Source of the DNA: Alphaproteobacteria bacterium | GTDB taxonomy: Bacteria; Pseudomonadota; Alphaproteobacteria; UBA2966 | Assembly: GCA_964291395.2 (NCBI GenBank) | Contig: OZ219856.1 | Span: forward strand, 384,001 to 448,000 | Length of the DNA: 64,000 nt | Direction: 5' to 3' | In this document: positions 39,222-48,509 of the stretch, piece after piece | Layout: every line of letters begins with the position of its first letter | Position numbering within the stretch: the stretch's first letter is position 1 | Made by a program: the position numbers and the translations under genes | The notes under the pieces: model-generated | Told to the model about the DNA's origin: nothing | Seen by the model: the letters and a program-made list of their open reading frames with translations, nothing else | The model's database searches: none

Positions 39222-39604
39222 CCCGGTCGCGGTCCTGCTCTGCTCCATCGCTTGCCGTGCCAGGCAACTATGCCCGAACCGCTTGTTCTCGACTTCGTCG
39301 TCGAACCGGCCGAAGTGGCGTTCCTCGTCCAGGACGAGATCCTCGAACAGCTTCTTGGTAGCGGTATCGGCGTTGGCGCCGCGTTCGACCGCGGTGCGCG
39401 TATCCGTTCGGCGGCCGAGGGATGGGACGCAAGACCGCTCGTTTGTGTCCGCCCCCAAGCACTCTTGATGACCGGCCACCCGGCAGGCGAAGCTGGTTGT
39501 TCCTCGTCCAGGACGAGATCCTCGAACAGCTTCTTGGTAGCGGTATCGGCGTTGGCGCCGCATTCGACCGCGGTGCGCTTGAAGACGCTCGCGAGCAACT
39601 CGAT
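39222..39604 (-). pseudogene. Bacterioferritin-like gene remnant (internally deleted, partly duplicated)
   Basis: IELLASVFKRTAVE|CGANADTATKKLFEDLVLDEE and ...LVLDEERHFGRFDDEVEN.KRFG..CLARQ resemble ferritin-like helices with an ExxH motif. Confidence 0.55.
39320..39578. repeat. 80-bp direct repeat, two copies (39320-39399 and 39499-39578)
   Basis: GTTCCTCGTCCAGGACGAG...GACCGCGGTGCGC repeated with one mismatch, 99 bp between copies. Confidence 0.92.
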
Positions 39605-39605
39605 G

Positions 39606-39981
39606 CGGACCGCCGTCAGTATGAGGCGATCGGTTTCGAGGATCTGTACAGCGCGATCGATGCCGATGACGTCGACCGGATCGAGCGACTGCTGACGATG
39701 CGCCCGGTTTCGTCAACTCCACCGACGAGGCGCCTCCTCCGATTCACTGGGCAATCTACCGAGACAAACGCGGAGCGGTGGAGGTGCTTCTGAGATCTCG
39801 CGCTGCGGGATCGGGATCGCGATGCAACGCCGCTCGACTATGCGGTCCGAAGGGAATTGATCCCGTTGTTGATCTCGCGTGGCGCCAACCTCGATAGCGG
39901 AGTGCGGGTGGCGCTCAAAGGCGCTTCCGGAGGATTCGAGGAATATGCCGAGTTGCCGGACCGCCGTCAGTATGAGGCGAT
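39606..39981. repeat. 25-bp direct repeat (39606-39630 and 39957-39981)
   Basis: CGGACCGCCGTCAGTATGAGGCGAT occurs twice. Confidence 0.9.
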
Positions 39982-40015
39982 TGTTGACCTGCTTCGTGAA
40001 CTCGGTTCGCCATGA
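39631..40015 (+). pseudogene. Frameshifted ankyrin-repeat protein gene
   Basis: Across shifted frames: LYSAIDADDVDRIERLL; PPPIHWAIYRDKRGAVEVLL; DRDRDATPLDYAV..LIPLLISRGAN; YEAIVDLLRELG-stop. Confidence 0.65.
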
Positions 40016-40216
40016 CCTCGCTCCCTCCGGCAGGTTCCGCTATGTCAATCCGCAGCAGAGAGACCGCCCCGATGAACGGTCGCCGACTCGTCAATGCGCG
40101 GAGTGCGCCGCCATACCGTCCGCGCCATCGCTCGTCGGCGGCTGAAACCGCGGTAGTGCCGGATCGACGAACGCCTTCGGCCGTGTTACGGCCGCCCGAC
40201 CGTTCACCTGTGTGGC

Positions 40217-41707
40217 TCATTGTCCGGAATTTGGCAAGGACACCGATGATCCAGTCCGCCCGCTCCGCAGCGCATGCGCCATGAGAAGGTGGGCCACGCA
40301 GGCGGTGAGCTTCTTGCCGGTCGGGATGTGCAGGAACTCGTTGGGGCCGTGCGCGTTGGAGCCGGGCCCCAACAGTCCGGTGATCAGAAACTGCGCGTCG
40401 GGGAATTTCTCGCCGAGCATCCCCATGAAGGGAATCGTGCCGCCTTCACCCATGTAGACGGCCGGCTTGCCGAAGTAGGTCATCGACGCGTCGTCCGTCG
40501 CGGCTTCGAGCCAGCCGGCCAGAGGCGGAGCGTCCCAACCGTCGGCCACAGTGTCGAACTCGGCGGTGATCCGGGCACCGTAGGGTGGATCTTCGGTCAG
40601 CGCCTTCTCGAGGTCGACCACGATCTCCGAGGCTCTGGCAGTCGGCGGGATGCGCAGGGACAACGCCAGCGACGTCGTCGGCCGCAGCACGTTTCCGGCA
40701 TCTCCAAGATCCGGCAACCCCGATTGTCCGGTAACGGAGAGCGCCGGCCGCCACGTTCTGTTGAGGATCAGTTCGGCGAGGTCGGACCCGGTCGCCCGCG
40801 CGCCGTCGACGAATGGAAACTTGCGCCAGACCATGTCGCCGAGGTTCTGGGCGGCGACCCCTGCCTGGGTAACCCGCTCGGGCGGGATCTCCACGTTCGC
40901 CGATGCTACCCGGACGGCTCCCGACCCTTCGTCGTCGATTCGCGACAGAAGCTGGCGCGCGATCCGGAAACTGGAAGCCACGATGCCGCTCGCGTCCCCG
41001 CTGTGCACACCCTCGTCGAGGATGTCCACGTGCAATGTTCCGGAGACCAGCCCCCTGAGGGACGTTGTGCTCCAGAGCTGATCGTAATTGCCGCAGCCGG
41101 AATCGAGGCAGACGACGAGGTTCGGGGCTCCGATTCGCTCGGCGAGCGCATCGATGTAGAAGGGGAGGTCATAGCTGCCGCTCTCCTCGCACCCCTCGAT
41201 GAGGATCACGCAGCGGCCGTGCTTGCCGTCGAAGCGGTGGAGGGCCTCGATGGCGGTCAAAGACGCGTAGGCGGCGTAGCCGTCGTCCGCCCCGCCACGG
41301 CCATAGAGTTTGTCGTTTTCGCGAACCGGCTTCCAGGGTCCGAGGCCGTCGCGCCACCCCGACATCTCGGGCTGCTTGTCCAGATGACCGTACAGCAGAA
41401 CCGTCTCCCCGCCGGCATATGGCGCGATGCCGGGGTGTTCCATGTAGATCAGGGGCGTACGGCCTTCGAGCCGGACGACCTCGACTTCGAGATCCTCGAT
41501 CTCGCGCGTCCGACACCACGCCTCGATGTGCGCGACCGCCTCGTCGATGTAGCCGTTGTCCCGCCAGTCGGCGTCGAAGGCAGGGGACTTGGCGGGAATC
41601 TCGATGTAGGTCTCGAGCTCGGGGATGATCTCCCGTTCCCAGGCTTCGTCTACGAATGCGGAGATCCGCGTGTCATCGAGACGGACCTCCGGGATTTCCG
41701 ATGTCAC
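40217..41707 (-). CDS. M20 family metallopeptidase/dipeptidase
   Basis: YGHLDKQP, LYGRGGADDG, EESGS, HSG, GGTIPF, NAHGPNE; GTG start after GGAGG. Confidence 0.9.
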   Translation of the reverse strand: MTSEIPEVRLDDTRISAFVDEAWEREIIPELETYIEIPAKSPAFDADWRDNGYIDEAVAHIEAWCRTREIEDLEVEVVRLEGRTPLIYMEHPGIAPYAGGETVLLYGHLDKQPEMSGWRDGLGPWKPVRENDKLYGRGGADDGYAAYASLTAIEALHRFDGKHGRCVILIEGCEESGSYDLPFYIDALAERIGAPNLVVCLDSGCGNYDQLWSTTSLRGLVSGTLHVDILDEGVHSGDASGIVASSFRIARQLLSRIDDEGSGAVRVASANVEIPPERVTQAGVAAQNLGDMVWRKFPFVDGARATGSDLAELILNRTWRPALSVTGQSGLPDLGDAGNVLRPTTSLALSLRIPPTARASEIVVDLEKALTEDPPYGARITAEFDTVADGWDAPPLAGWLEAATDDASMTYFGKPAVYMGEGGTIPFMGMLGEKFPDAQFLITGLLGPGSNAHGPNEFLHIPTGKKLTACVAHLLMAHALRSGRTGSSVSLPNSGQ

Positions 41708-41842
41708 GCGGAGTCCTCCACGGCGTTTCCTCGAAGACCCCCACAATACCGCGAACAGGCGCGAGTGGCACGACAGTCCGGGTCCATACGGGCACCATGG
41801 CGGTCCGAGCTCCGCTTCACTCCGACGGCGGGGGAAACCGGC

Positions 41843-42598
41843 TCAGACGATCAGGACCACCAGGCCGACGGCGAAGATGAACCAAAGCGCGGCCCGCCGG
41901 TACAAACGATCCGAGGCGGCTCGAAAAAACCGGGCGCCGACCCAGATTCCGAATGCGTATGGAAGCATGATCAGGGCGAACCTGATCAGCGTCTGGTGCC
42001 CGATGGCGCCCTGTGCCGCCATGGAGACGATCGTGCTGATGGGGAATATCGTCGAAACGAACAGGATATTGGCCCGCGTTACCGCCGCTTCGACGGGTGC
42101 GGACAGAAGGTACAGGGAGTAGATCGGACCGGACGTCGCGCTTGATCCGGCGACGAGTCCGGAGAGCATGCCCGTCAGGCCGCCGGCGATGGACCCGCGC
42201 GGCCCGCGGTATGTCCAACCTGACAACATGATCACGGCGAAAAGCAGCACGATTCCGCCGATGGAGCGGCGCATGAAATCCGCGTCGGTCGCGAGCAGGA
42301 CGTATGTCCCGAACGGGATGGTCGCGGCGCCGCAAAGGGCGACGGGCAATGATTCCCGAACCTGCACGCGCCGTCTGATCTGCGGCCACAACAGGACAAC
42401 GGCCGTAGTACTGGTCATGGTGACGATCGCGATGGCATCCGTTGGATTGAAAATGACCGCGAACAACGGTGACATGATCAGGCCTGCGCCGAATCCGGCG
42501 AAACCGAAAATCACGCCCGACAGGACCGAGGCGATGACCGCGTAAAGAAGGTCGGTGTTCAGCGAGTCCGCAAGTATTTCCATGCCGGCGGCCGGCAT
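41843..42598 (-). CDS. TSUP (TauE/SafE sulfite exporter) family membrane protein
   Basis: G...GFAGFG.GL...P motif, repeated SG..AG...SGP, about 8 hydrophobic segments. Confidence 0.85.
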   Translation of the reverse strand: MPAAGMEILADSLNTDLLYAVIASVLSGVIFGFAGFGAGLIMSPLFAVIFNPTDAIAIVTMTSTTAVVLLWPQIRRRVQVRESLPVALCGAATIPFGTYVLLATDADFMRRSIGGIVLLFAVIMLSGWTYRGPRGSIAGGLTGMLSGLVAGSSATSGPIYSLYLLSAPVEAAVTRANILFVSTIFPISTIVSMAAQGAIGHQTLIRFALIMLPYAFGIWVGARFFRAASDRLYRRAALWFIFAVGLVVLIV

Positions 42599-42603
42599 GC
42601 CGT

Positions 42604-44064
42604 TCAGGCGACGTGACTGAGCCGGGTGTTGCCCTTCTCTACGAAGACATAGCTGACCTCGGGCCGGTGGGAGATCTCCTGGATCAGGGTCGCGACCGGT
42701 GTCCGTGCCATGGGCCGCCCCTCGCGCACCTTGCAGGCCTCGCGCCAGGCATCGAGGAGCTTGGGCTTGAAGTGCATGGCGAGGATCAGTTCTTCGTCCG
42801 ATTCGAAGGGACCGTGCTCGGCCCGGAAGCCTTCCACCATGGGCTTGAGCAGGGCACCCGGCCGGTCCGTGATGGGCTCCTCGCCGTCGGCGATCCGATC
42901 CAAGACATTGGGATCGACGGGCGCGGCCAGTTCGCCGTACCAGCCCAGGACGTAGCGCTTAATCTCGGTCTGAACGGTCGTATACCGTTCCGCTTCGACG
43001 ACGTTCAGCAGCGCCTGAACGCCAATGAACTGGGACATCGGGCTCACCATGATGGGCCAGCCCAGTTCCTCGCGCATGCGGACGATTTCCTCAAGCACCG
43101 CCGGAAGCTTGTCGTGGAGGCCGATCTCCTCCATCTGCTTCTCGAGGTTGCTCCGCATGCCGCCGGGAACCTGATGCCGGAACAACCCGGGGTCGTAGGC
43201 GACGGGCGCACCGATGGGTTTGCCGTGCTTGATCGCCTGCTGTCGGAAATGCTCCGCGATTGCGTCGACCTTGTCGAAATCCAGGTCCAGGTCCATGCCC
43301 TGGTTACGCGCCTCGTGGGCGATCAGCTCGGTCGGCGGATTCGATGTGGCATGCGCGATCGGCGAGATCGCCGTATGTACGACGTCGACGCCCAGGGGAA
43401 GGGACTCGAGCGCGACGAGAGGTCCCAGCCCCGAGGTGCAGTGCGTGTGCAGATGAAGATCGATCCCGTCGCCGATCGCCGCCCGCACCGCAGGCACGAG
43501 GGTACGGACGCGGTCCGGCGTCAATAGGGCGCCTGAATCCTTGATCTGGACCGCATCCACGCCGAGGACGACGAGTTCTTTCGCCTTCTCGACGAAGTGC
43601 TCGTCGGTGTGGACCGGGCTCTCGCTGAATACGATGGAGCCGACGGCGTGCAATCCGGCGTCCTTCGTTGCCTTGATCGATACGGTCATGTTGCGCGTGT
43701 CGTTGAGCGCGTCGAACGTGTTGATGCAGCCGATGCCGTGCCGCGCGAGCGCATCGATGGTCAGCGGGAATACGTCGTCGGCGAACAGGTCCCAACCGAG
43801 AACGTTAAGGCTCCGGATATAGACGTTCTTGAGGGTTCGTGGAGCGAGCCGCTGGATCATCCGCAGGCGTTCCCAGGGATCCTCCGCCAGGTAGTAGATG
43901 CAGGATTCGAACACGGCCGAACCGGCGACCCCCATCACGCCGTAGGCCGCCTCGTCCATGGTCGGGATGATGGGCTCCATCATCTCGCTGGTCATGCGGG
44001 TCGCCCAAAGGCTCTGATGGGCGTCTCGCAGCGCCGTTTCCCAGATTCGGAGCTTTCTGCTCAT
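42604..44064 (-). CDS. Pyruvate carboxylase B/oxaloacetate decarboxylase alpha-like carboxyltransferase, no biotinyl domain
   Basis: LRDAHQSLWATRM, EDPWERL, FDALND, IKD, HTHCT.G, HQVPGGM.SNL, MVSP.SQ. Confidence 0.87.
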   Translation of the reverse strand: MSRKLRIWETALRDAHQSLWATRMTSEMMEPIIPTMDEAAYGVMGVAGSAVFESCIYYLAEDPWERLRMIQRLAPRTLKNVYIRSLNVLGWDLFADDVFPLTIDALARHGIGCINTFDALNDTRNMTVSIKATKDAGLHAVGSIVFSESPVHTDEHFVEKAKELVVLGVDAVQIKDSGALLTPDRVRTLVPAVRAAIGDGIDLHLHTHCTSGLGPLVALESLPLGVDVVHTAISPIAHATSNPPTELIAHEARNQGMDLDLDFDKVDAIAEHFRQQAIKHGKPIGAPVAYDPGLFRHQVPGGMRSNLEKQMEEIGLHDKLPAVLEEIVRMREELGWPIMVSPMSQFIGVQALLNVVEAERYTTVQTEIKRYVLGWYGELAAPVDPNVLDRIADGEEPITDRPGALLKPMVEGFRAEHGPFESDEELILAMHFKPKLLDAWREACKVREGRPMARTPVATLIQEISHRPEVSYVFVEKGNTRLSHVA

Positions 44065-45434
44065 GCCGTCATGCTCTCCTGTGGCATCACCTGTCCGATG
44101 TTCTTTTCCAGCCACTGTGTATTGAATTTGCCTTTCCTGAAGGCCTCGGATTCGAGCAGGGAAAGGTGGAAGGGAATGGTCGACGGAATGCCGTCGATGA
44201 CGTAACCCGCCAGAGCCGTCCGCATCTTTTCGATGGCCTCGGCGCGGTTGGCGGCCCAGACGATGACCTTGGCGATCATGGAATCGTAGTAGGGAGGCAC
44301 CGTATAGCCGGCATAACAATGCGAATCGATCCGCACACCAGGTCCGCCGGGCGCGACATACGCGGCGAGCGTTCCGGGGGACGGCATAAAATTACGGGCG
44401 CCGTCTTCCGCGTTGATGCGGCATTCAATCGCATGGCCGCGCAACTTCACGTCCTTCTGCTTCAGCGACAGGCCCTCGCCGCCCGCGATCAGGAGCTGCT
44501 CGCGAACCAGATCGACGCCGGTCAGCATCTCGGTGACGGGGTGCTCGACCTGGATGCGCGTATTCATTTCGATGAAGTGGAACGCCTGCTCGTCGAGGTC
44601 GACGAGAAATTCGACGGTGCCCGCGCCTTCGTAGTCCACGCTCGCCGCCAAGGCGGCTGCGGCCTCGTGGAGGTCCTGTCTCAGGGCACGCGTGATGACC
44701 GGGCAAGGGCCTTCCTCCACCAGCTTCTGGTGACGCCGCTGCATCGAGCAATCGCGCTCGCCCACATGTATAACGTCGCCTTGCCCGTCGCCCAATACCT
44801 GGACTTCCACGTGACGCGCGTTCCCGATGTATCTCTCCAGATAGATCGACGAATCGCCGAACGCTGCCTGTGCCTCGGCCTGCGCCGAGAGTGCGTTGCG
44901 AGAAAGTTGGGCCGGCGTCTCGGCCAGCATCATGCCCCGCCCGCCGCCACCCGCCGCCGCCTTGATCAGGACGGGGTAGCCGATCTTCTCAGCGACCGCG
45001 GCCAATTCACCGGGGTCGACGGCCTTGCCGTCGGAGCCGGGAACCGTCGGCACGCCGGCCTCCGCCGCCACGGTACGCGCCACCGCCTTGTCCGCCATCT
45101 GTCGGATGGAATGTCCCGTGGGGCCGACGAACTTGATGCCTGCGTCGACGCAGGCATCGGAAAACGCTGCATTCTCGGCGAGAAAGCCATAGCCCGGGTG
45201 AATGCCGTCGGCTTTCACGTACATGGCGGCGCCGATCAGCGACCCCGCGTTGAGGTAACTTCGCGTTGCCTGCGCCGGGCCGATACAGACCGCTTTGTCC
45301 GCAAGACGGACATGGAGCGAGTCGTGGTCCGCCTCGGAGTAGACGGCCACCGTTTCGATACCCAGCTCCCGGCAGGCTCGAATGACCCGCACGGCGATCT
45401 CGCCGCGATTGGCGATGAGGACTCGGCGGAGCAT
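44061..45434 (-). CDS. accC: Biotin carboxylase
   Basis: LIANRGEIA, IHPGYGFLAEN, KAAAGGGGRGM, RDCSMQRRHQK, EMNTRIQVEH, YYDSMIAK. Confidence 0.93.
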   Translation of the reverse strand: MLRRVLIANRGEIAVRVIRACRELGIETVAVYSEADHDSLHVRLADKAVCIGPAQATRSYLNAGSLIGAAMYVKADGIHPGYGFLAENAAFSDACVDAGIKFVGPTGHSIRQMADKAVARTVAAEAGVPTVPGSDGKAVDPGELAAVAEKIGYPVLIKAAAGGGGRGMMLAETPAQLSRNALSAQAEAQAAFGDSSIYLERYIGNARHVEVQVLGDGQGDVIHVGERDCSMQRRHQKLVEEGPCPVITRALRQDLHEAAAALAASVDYEGAGTVEFLVDLDEQAFHFIEMNTRIQVEHPVTEMLTGVDLVREQLLIAGGEGLSLKQKDVKLRGHAIECRINAEDGARNFMPSPGTLAAYVAPGGPGVRIDSHCYAGYTVPPYYDSMIAKVIVWAANRAEAIEKMRTALAGYVIDGIPSTIPFHLSLLESEAFRKGKFNTQWLEKNIGQVMPQESMTA

Positions 45435-45454
45435 TCGACTCTTGCGAGCGTCGA

Positions 45455-45949
45455 TCAATTGGGCTCGAACCACATGACGGTCTGATTCGCGCCCACGGCT
45501 TCCGCGTTTTCGACGGGAATGCTCAACACCAGGCCGTCACAGGGTGCTTTCAGCGTGTTCATCACCTTCATCACGTCGAGGATGCAGACGGTGTCGCCGC
45601 TCATTACCTTGTCGCCTTCTTCGACGAAGGGATCAGCGCCCGGTGCCGGCGCCCGGTAGAACGTTCCGGACAACGGGGAATTGAGTGCTACGGCGGTATC
45701 GCTTGGTGCGGCAGAGCCGACGGTGTCGGTCGCGGGTTCCGTCGTCGCGGGCTGCGAAGCGGGGCTCGCCGTCGGCGTCTCGGGCATCGCTGTCGGCGGG
45801 GCGACTGTCGTCGTGACCGCCGGCCCCCCTTCGGCATCGTGCTTACGGACAATCAGCTTGAAGTCGTCGACTTCGATATGGATTTCCTTGGTCGACGACT
45901 GGTCGATAATCTTGAGAATCTCCTGAACGTCTTCGTAGGTGAGTGACAC
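45455..45949 (-). CDS. accB: Biotin carboxyl carrier protein
   Basis: Pro/Ala/Thr-rich linker, SPLSGTFYRAPAPG..PFV, biotin site DVMKVMN. Confidence 0.88.
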   Translation of the reverse strand: MSLTYEDVQEILKIIDQSSTKEIHIEVDDFKLIVRKHDAEGGPAVTTTVAPPTAMPETPTASPASQPATTEPATDTVGSAAPSDTAVALNSPLSGTFYRAPAPGADPFVEEGDKVMSGDTVCILDVMKVMNTLKAPCDGLVLSIPVENAEAVGANQTVMWFEPN

Positions 45950-46272
45950 CGTGCAGCCCTCTGTCGGCTCTTTCGCCCGAACGGATGATCTGTTTCGCGC
46001 GCCATTCATGCGGGGCGCGGTCGATGACGACGCCCGAAGAGCGCGGGCCTACGAAGCATATCCGGGAATGCGAGTCAACTTGACGGCCGCCCCGGCACGG
46101 ACCGGAGTCCGGCGAAGATGAGGCGCATCGCAGACCCGCCCTCGCAGGAGAGGGAGCCGGACCCGGGTTCGGATCTGAACTCCGATTCCGAGTGGCCCCG
46201 CATCCGGCGATTTGCGCAACTCCATCGCTTCCGATTGAATGCGGGCACGACAGCAGTGCGGATTGGATCGAC

Positions 46273-46821
46273 ATGAACACCCAACCGGCCGTGACATCGA
46301 ACAACCCTGCGGAACAGCTCTACGAGCGTGTACGCAGTCATGGCATCGACTTCTTCGTCTCCGTGCCGTGCAGCCTTCTCGGCGAGGTCATCGAGATTCT
46401 CGAGGGCGATACCGAGGTGACCTACACGCCGGTCACACGGGAAGAAGAGGGCATCGGCGTTCTCGCGGGCGCCTACCTGGCGGGCCGCCGGCCGGCCATC
46501 GTCATGCAGAACTCGGGGTACGGCAACATCGTCAACGCGGTGTGCTCGCTCGTGAACTATTACAGCATTCCGATCGTCATGCTGGTCAGCCACCGCGGGA
46601 GCGCGGGTGAGCGGATCGAGGCCCAAGTTCCCATGGGTGATGCCGTGCAGGGCGTCATGGAAGCCTCGGGCGTCAAATGTGTGCCCATCGCGCATCCTTC
46701 GGATCTCGACGGCGTGGACGAGGGGATCGAGTGGGCCCTGGCCGAAGAGAAGTCGATCGCGTTCCTGTTTCCGTTCAGTTTCTGGCAGGATGCGGAAACC
46801 TACGTGCCCGAACACCGATAG
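46273..46821 (+). CDS. comD: Sulfopyruvate decarboxylase alpha subunit-like
   Basis: SVPC, TREEEGIG..AGAYLAG..PAI.MQNSG.GN..N, SHRG...E.I.AQ.PMG. Confidence 0.82.
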   Translation: MNTQPAVTSNNPAEQLYERVRSHGIDFFVSVPCSLLGEVIEILEGDTEVTYTPVTREEEGIGVLAGAYLAGRRPAIVMQNSGYGNIVNAVCSLVNYYSIPIVMLVSHRGSAGERIEAQVPMGDAVQGVMEASGVKCVPIAHPSDLDGVDEGIEWALAEEKSIAFLFPFSFWQDAETYVPEHR

Positions 46822-46830
46822 GGGGAACGG

Positions 46831-47394
46831 ATGCGCCGCTACGAAGCCACCCGCGAGATCATGAACGCGATCGGCGACGAGTTCGTCGTATGCAACATCG
46901 GGCATCCAAGCCAGGAGATCTTCGAGCTGCGGGACCGGCCGGAGAACTTCTACATGTTCGGATCGATGGGGCTCTCCTCGTCTATCGGCTTGGGGGTGGC
47001 GATGGCGCAGGATCGTATGGTCGTCGCCCTGGATGGCGACGGATCGGTCGCCATGAACATGGGAACGCTGGCGACCATCGGACTCGTGCGTCCCAAGAAT
47101 TACATGCTCGTCATCATCGACAATCGGTCATATGGCTCCACCGGGTTTCAGCGCTCGTTCACGGCCGACAATCTCCGGCTGGAAGAGGTCGCCAGGGGCT
47201 CCGGCGTAGAGAGCGTCGTGGCGGTTCATCGGGAGACCGAGATCGCACCGACCGTGACCCGCCTCCTCAAGGAGGACGGCCCCCATGTCCTGGTCGTCAA
47301 ATGCGAGCCCGGAATGCCCGATGGCATCGGGGTCATTCCCATCGACGGAATGGAAGTGCGCAACCGGTTCATGGCGGCCGCGAAGCCAGGGTAA
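46831..47394 (+). CDS. comE: Sulfopyruvate decarboxylase beta subunit-like
   Basis: CNIG.PS.E, DRPENFYM.GSMGL.SSIGLG, DGDGS, IDN..YGSTG.Q. Confidence 0.82.
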   Translation: MRRYEATREIMNAIGDEFVVCNIGHPSQEIFELRDRPENFYMFGSMGLSSSIGLGVAMAQDRMVVALDGDGSVAMNMGTLATIGLVRPKNYMLVIIDNRSYGSTGFQRSFTADNLRLEEVARGSGVESVVAVHRETEIAPTVTRLLKEDGPHVLVVKCEPGMPDGIGVIPIDGMEVRNRFMAAAKPG

Positions 47395-47690
47395 AGCGGA
47401 TAACCGATGCCGCACCGGACAAACGGCAAAGGCGGGGTCCGACACCACCTTCCCGCCCGGGTATTCCTCGTCACTCGGCCGAGCGGATCTGCACGCTGCT
47501 GTCCGTCAGGGCTGATCAACGAACTGAGGGAATACTCGACGTACTCCCGCAGCAGCCCCGGCGTGTCACGCTGAGCGCAGCCGCGACCCGTCGTTCGTCA
47601 TCTTCTCCCCGACTGAAACACGGTCGGGCCCGGGACGACGCAGGCACCATAACCGGATGGCGACCTCGGAAAATCACAAACGCGCGAGGC

Positions 47691-48458
47691 TCAGGGTGCG
47701 AACTGCTCGTTCAAAATGCGTTCCTCGAGGTCGTGTTCCGGGTCGAATAGGAGTTGCAGGCTTCGCGTACTGTCTTCGCGCACGTCGACGGAGACGACGT
47801 CCCGAACCTCCGTGTGATCCGCGACCGCGCTGACCGGCCGTTTCCCGTTTTCGAGGACGTCGAACCGGACCTTGGCGCTCCGGGGCAGGATCGCACCGCG
47901 CCATCGCCGGGGACGGAAGGCGCTGATCGGCGTAAGTGCAAGTACCTCGGCGGAAAGGGGCAGGATCGGACCGTGAGCGGACAGGTTGTAGGCGGTGCTG
48001 CCGGCCGGTGTCGAAATCAGAACGCCATCGCAGATGAGTTCGTCGAGCCGGACAACCTTGTCGACCGTTATCCGGACCTTCGCCGCCTGATAAGTCTCGC
48101 GGAGCAGGGAGACTTCGTTGACGGCGATGGCGCGCCGCGTCTTCCCGTCCGCCGTCTTGACCGTCATGCGCAGTGGATGCAACGTCACGGTCTCTGCCTT
48201 CGCCACCCGTGCCTTCAGGTCTCCGTCGCTGAATTCGTTCATCAGGAATCCAACCGATCCCTGGTTTAAGCCGTAAATCGGCACCCCTCGGTTCATGAAC
48301 CTGTGCAACGTCTCGAGCATGAAGCCGTCGCCACCGATGGCCACGATGACATCGGCCTTGGAGGGCGGCACGTGCGCATATCGTGATTGGAGGGCGGCAC
48401 GCGCTCCTTTCGCCTGCGCCGTGTCGGTCGCTACGAAGGCGATATCGGTTTTCTTCAT
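47691..48458 (-). CDS. nadK: NAD kinase
   Basis: GGDGFML, GSVGFL, NEV, DG...[15 protein letters not shown]. Confidence 0.95.
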   Translation of the reverse strand: MKKTDIAFVATDTAQAKGARAALQSRYAHVPPSKADVIVAIGGDGFMLETLHRFMNRGVPIYGLNQGSVGFLMNEFSDGDLKARVAKAETVTLHPLRMTVKTADGKTRRAIAVNEVSLLRETYQAAKVRITVDKVVRLDELICDGVLISTPAGSTAYNLSAHGPILPLSAEVLALTPISAFRPRRWRGAILPRSAKVRFDVLENGKRPVSAVADHTEVRDVVSVDVREDSTRSLQLLFDPEHDLEERILNEQFAP

Positions 48459-48509
48459 GGACGGGACAGTGCCGACGGGAGCCCCTTGCGGCTCGGCAGC
48501 ATAGTGGGG

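Noticed and set aside
37442-39598. 718-aa minus-strand ORF as a real gene
   Set aside because: Mostly antisense to E1b/E2; only its first residues correspond to the bacterioferritin remnant.
39320-39981. CRISPR array or diversity-generating retroelement suggested by the direct repeats
   Set aside because: Each repeat has only two copies, lengths are 80 and 25 bp, there is no cas or reverse transcriptase gene, and a single mismatch gives no adenine-specific pattern.
47395-47690. Possible ncRNA between convergent comE and nadK
   Set aside because: Only a weak GTATTCC/GGAATAC pairing was seen, with no recognisable family, promoter or terminator.
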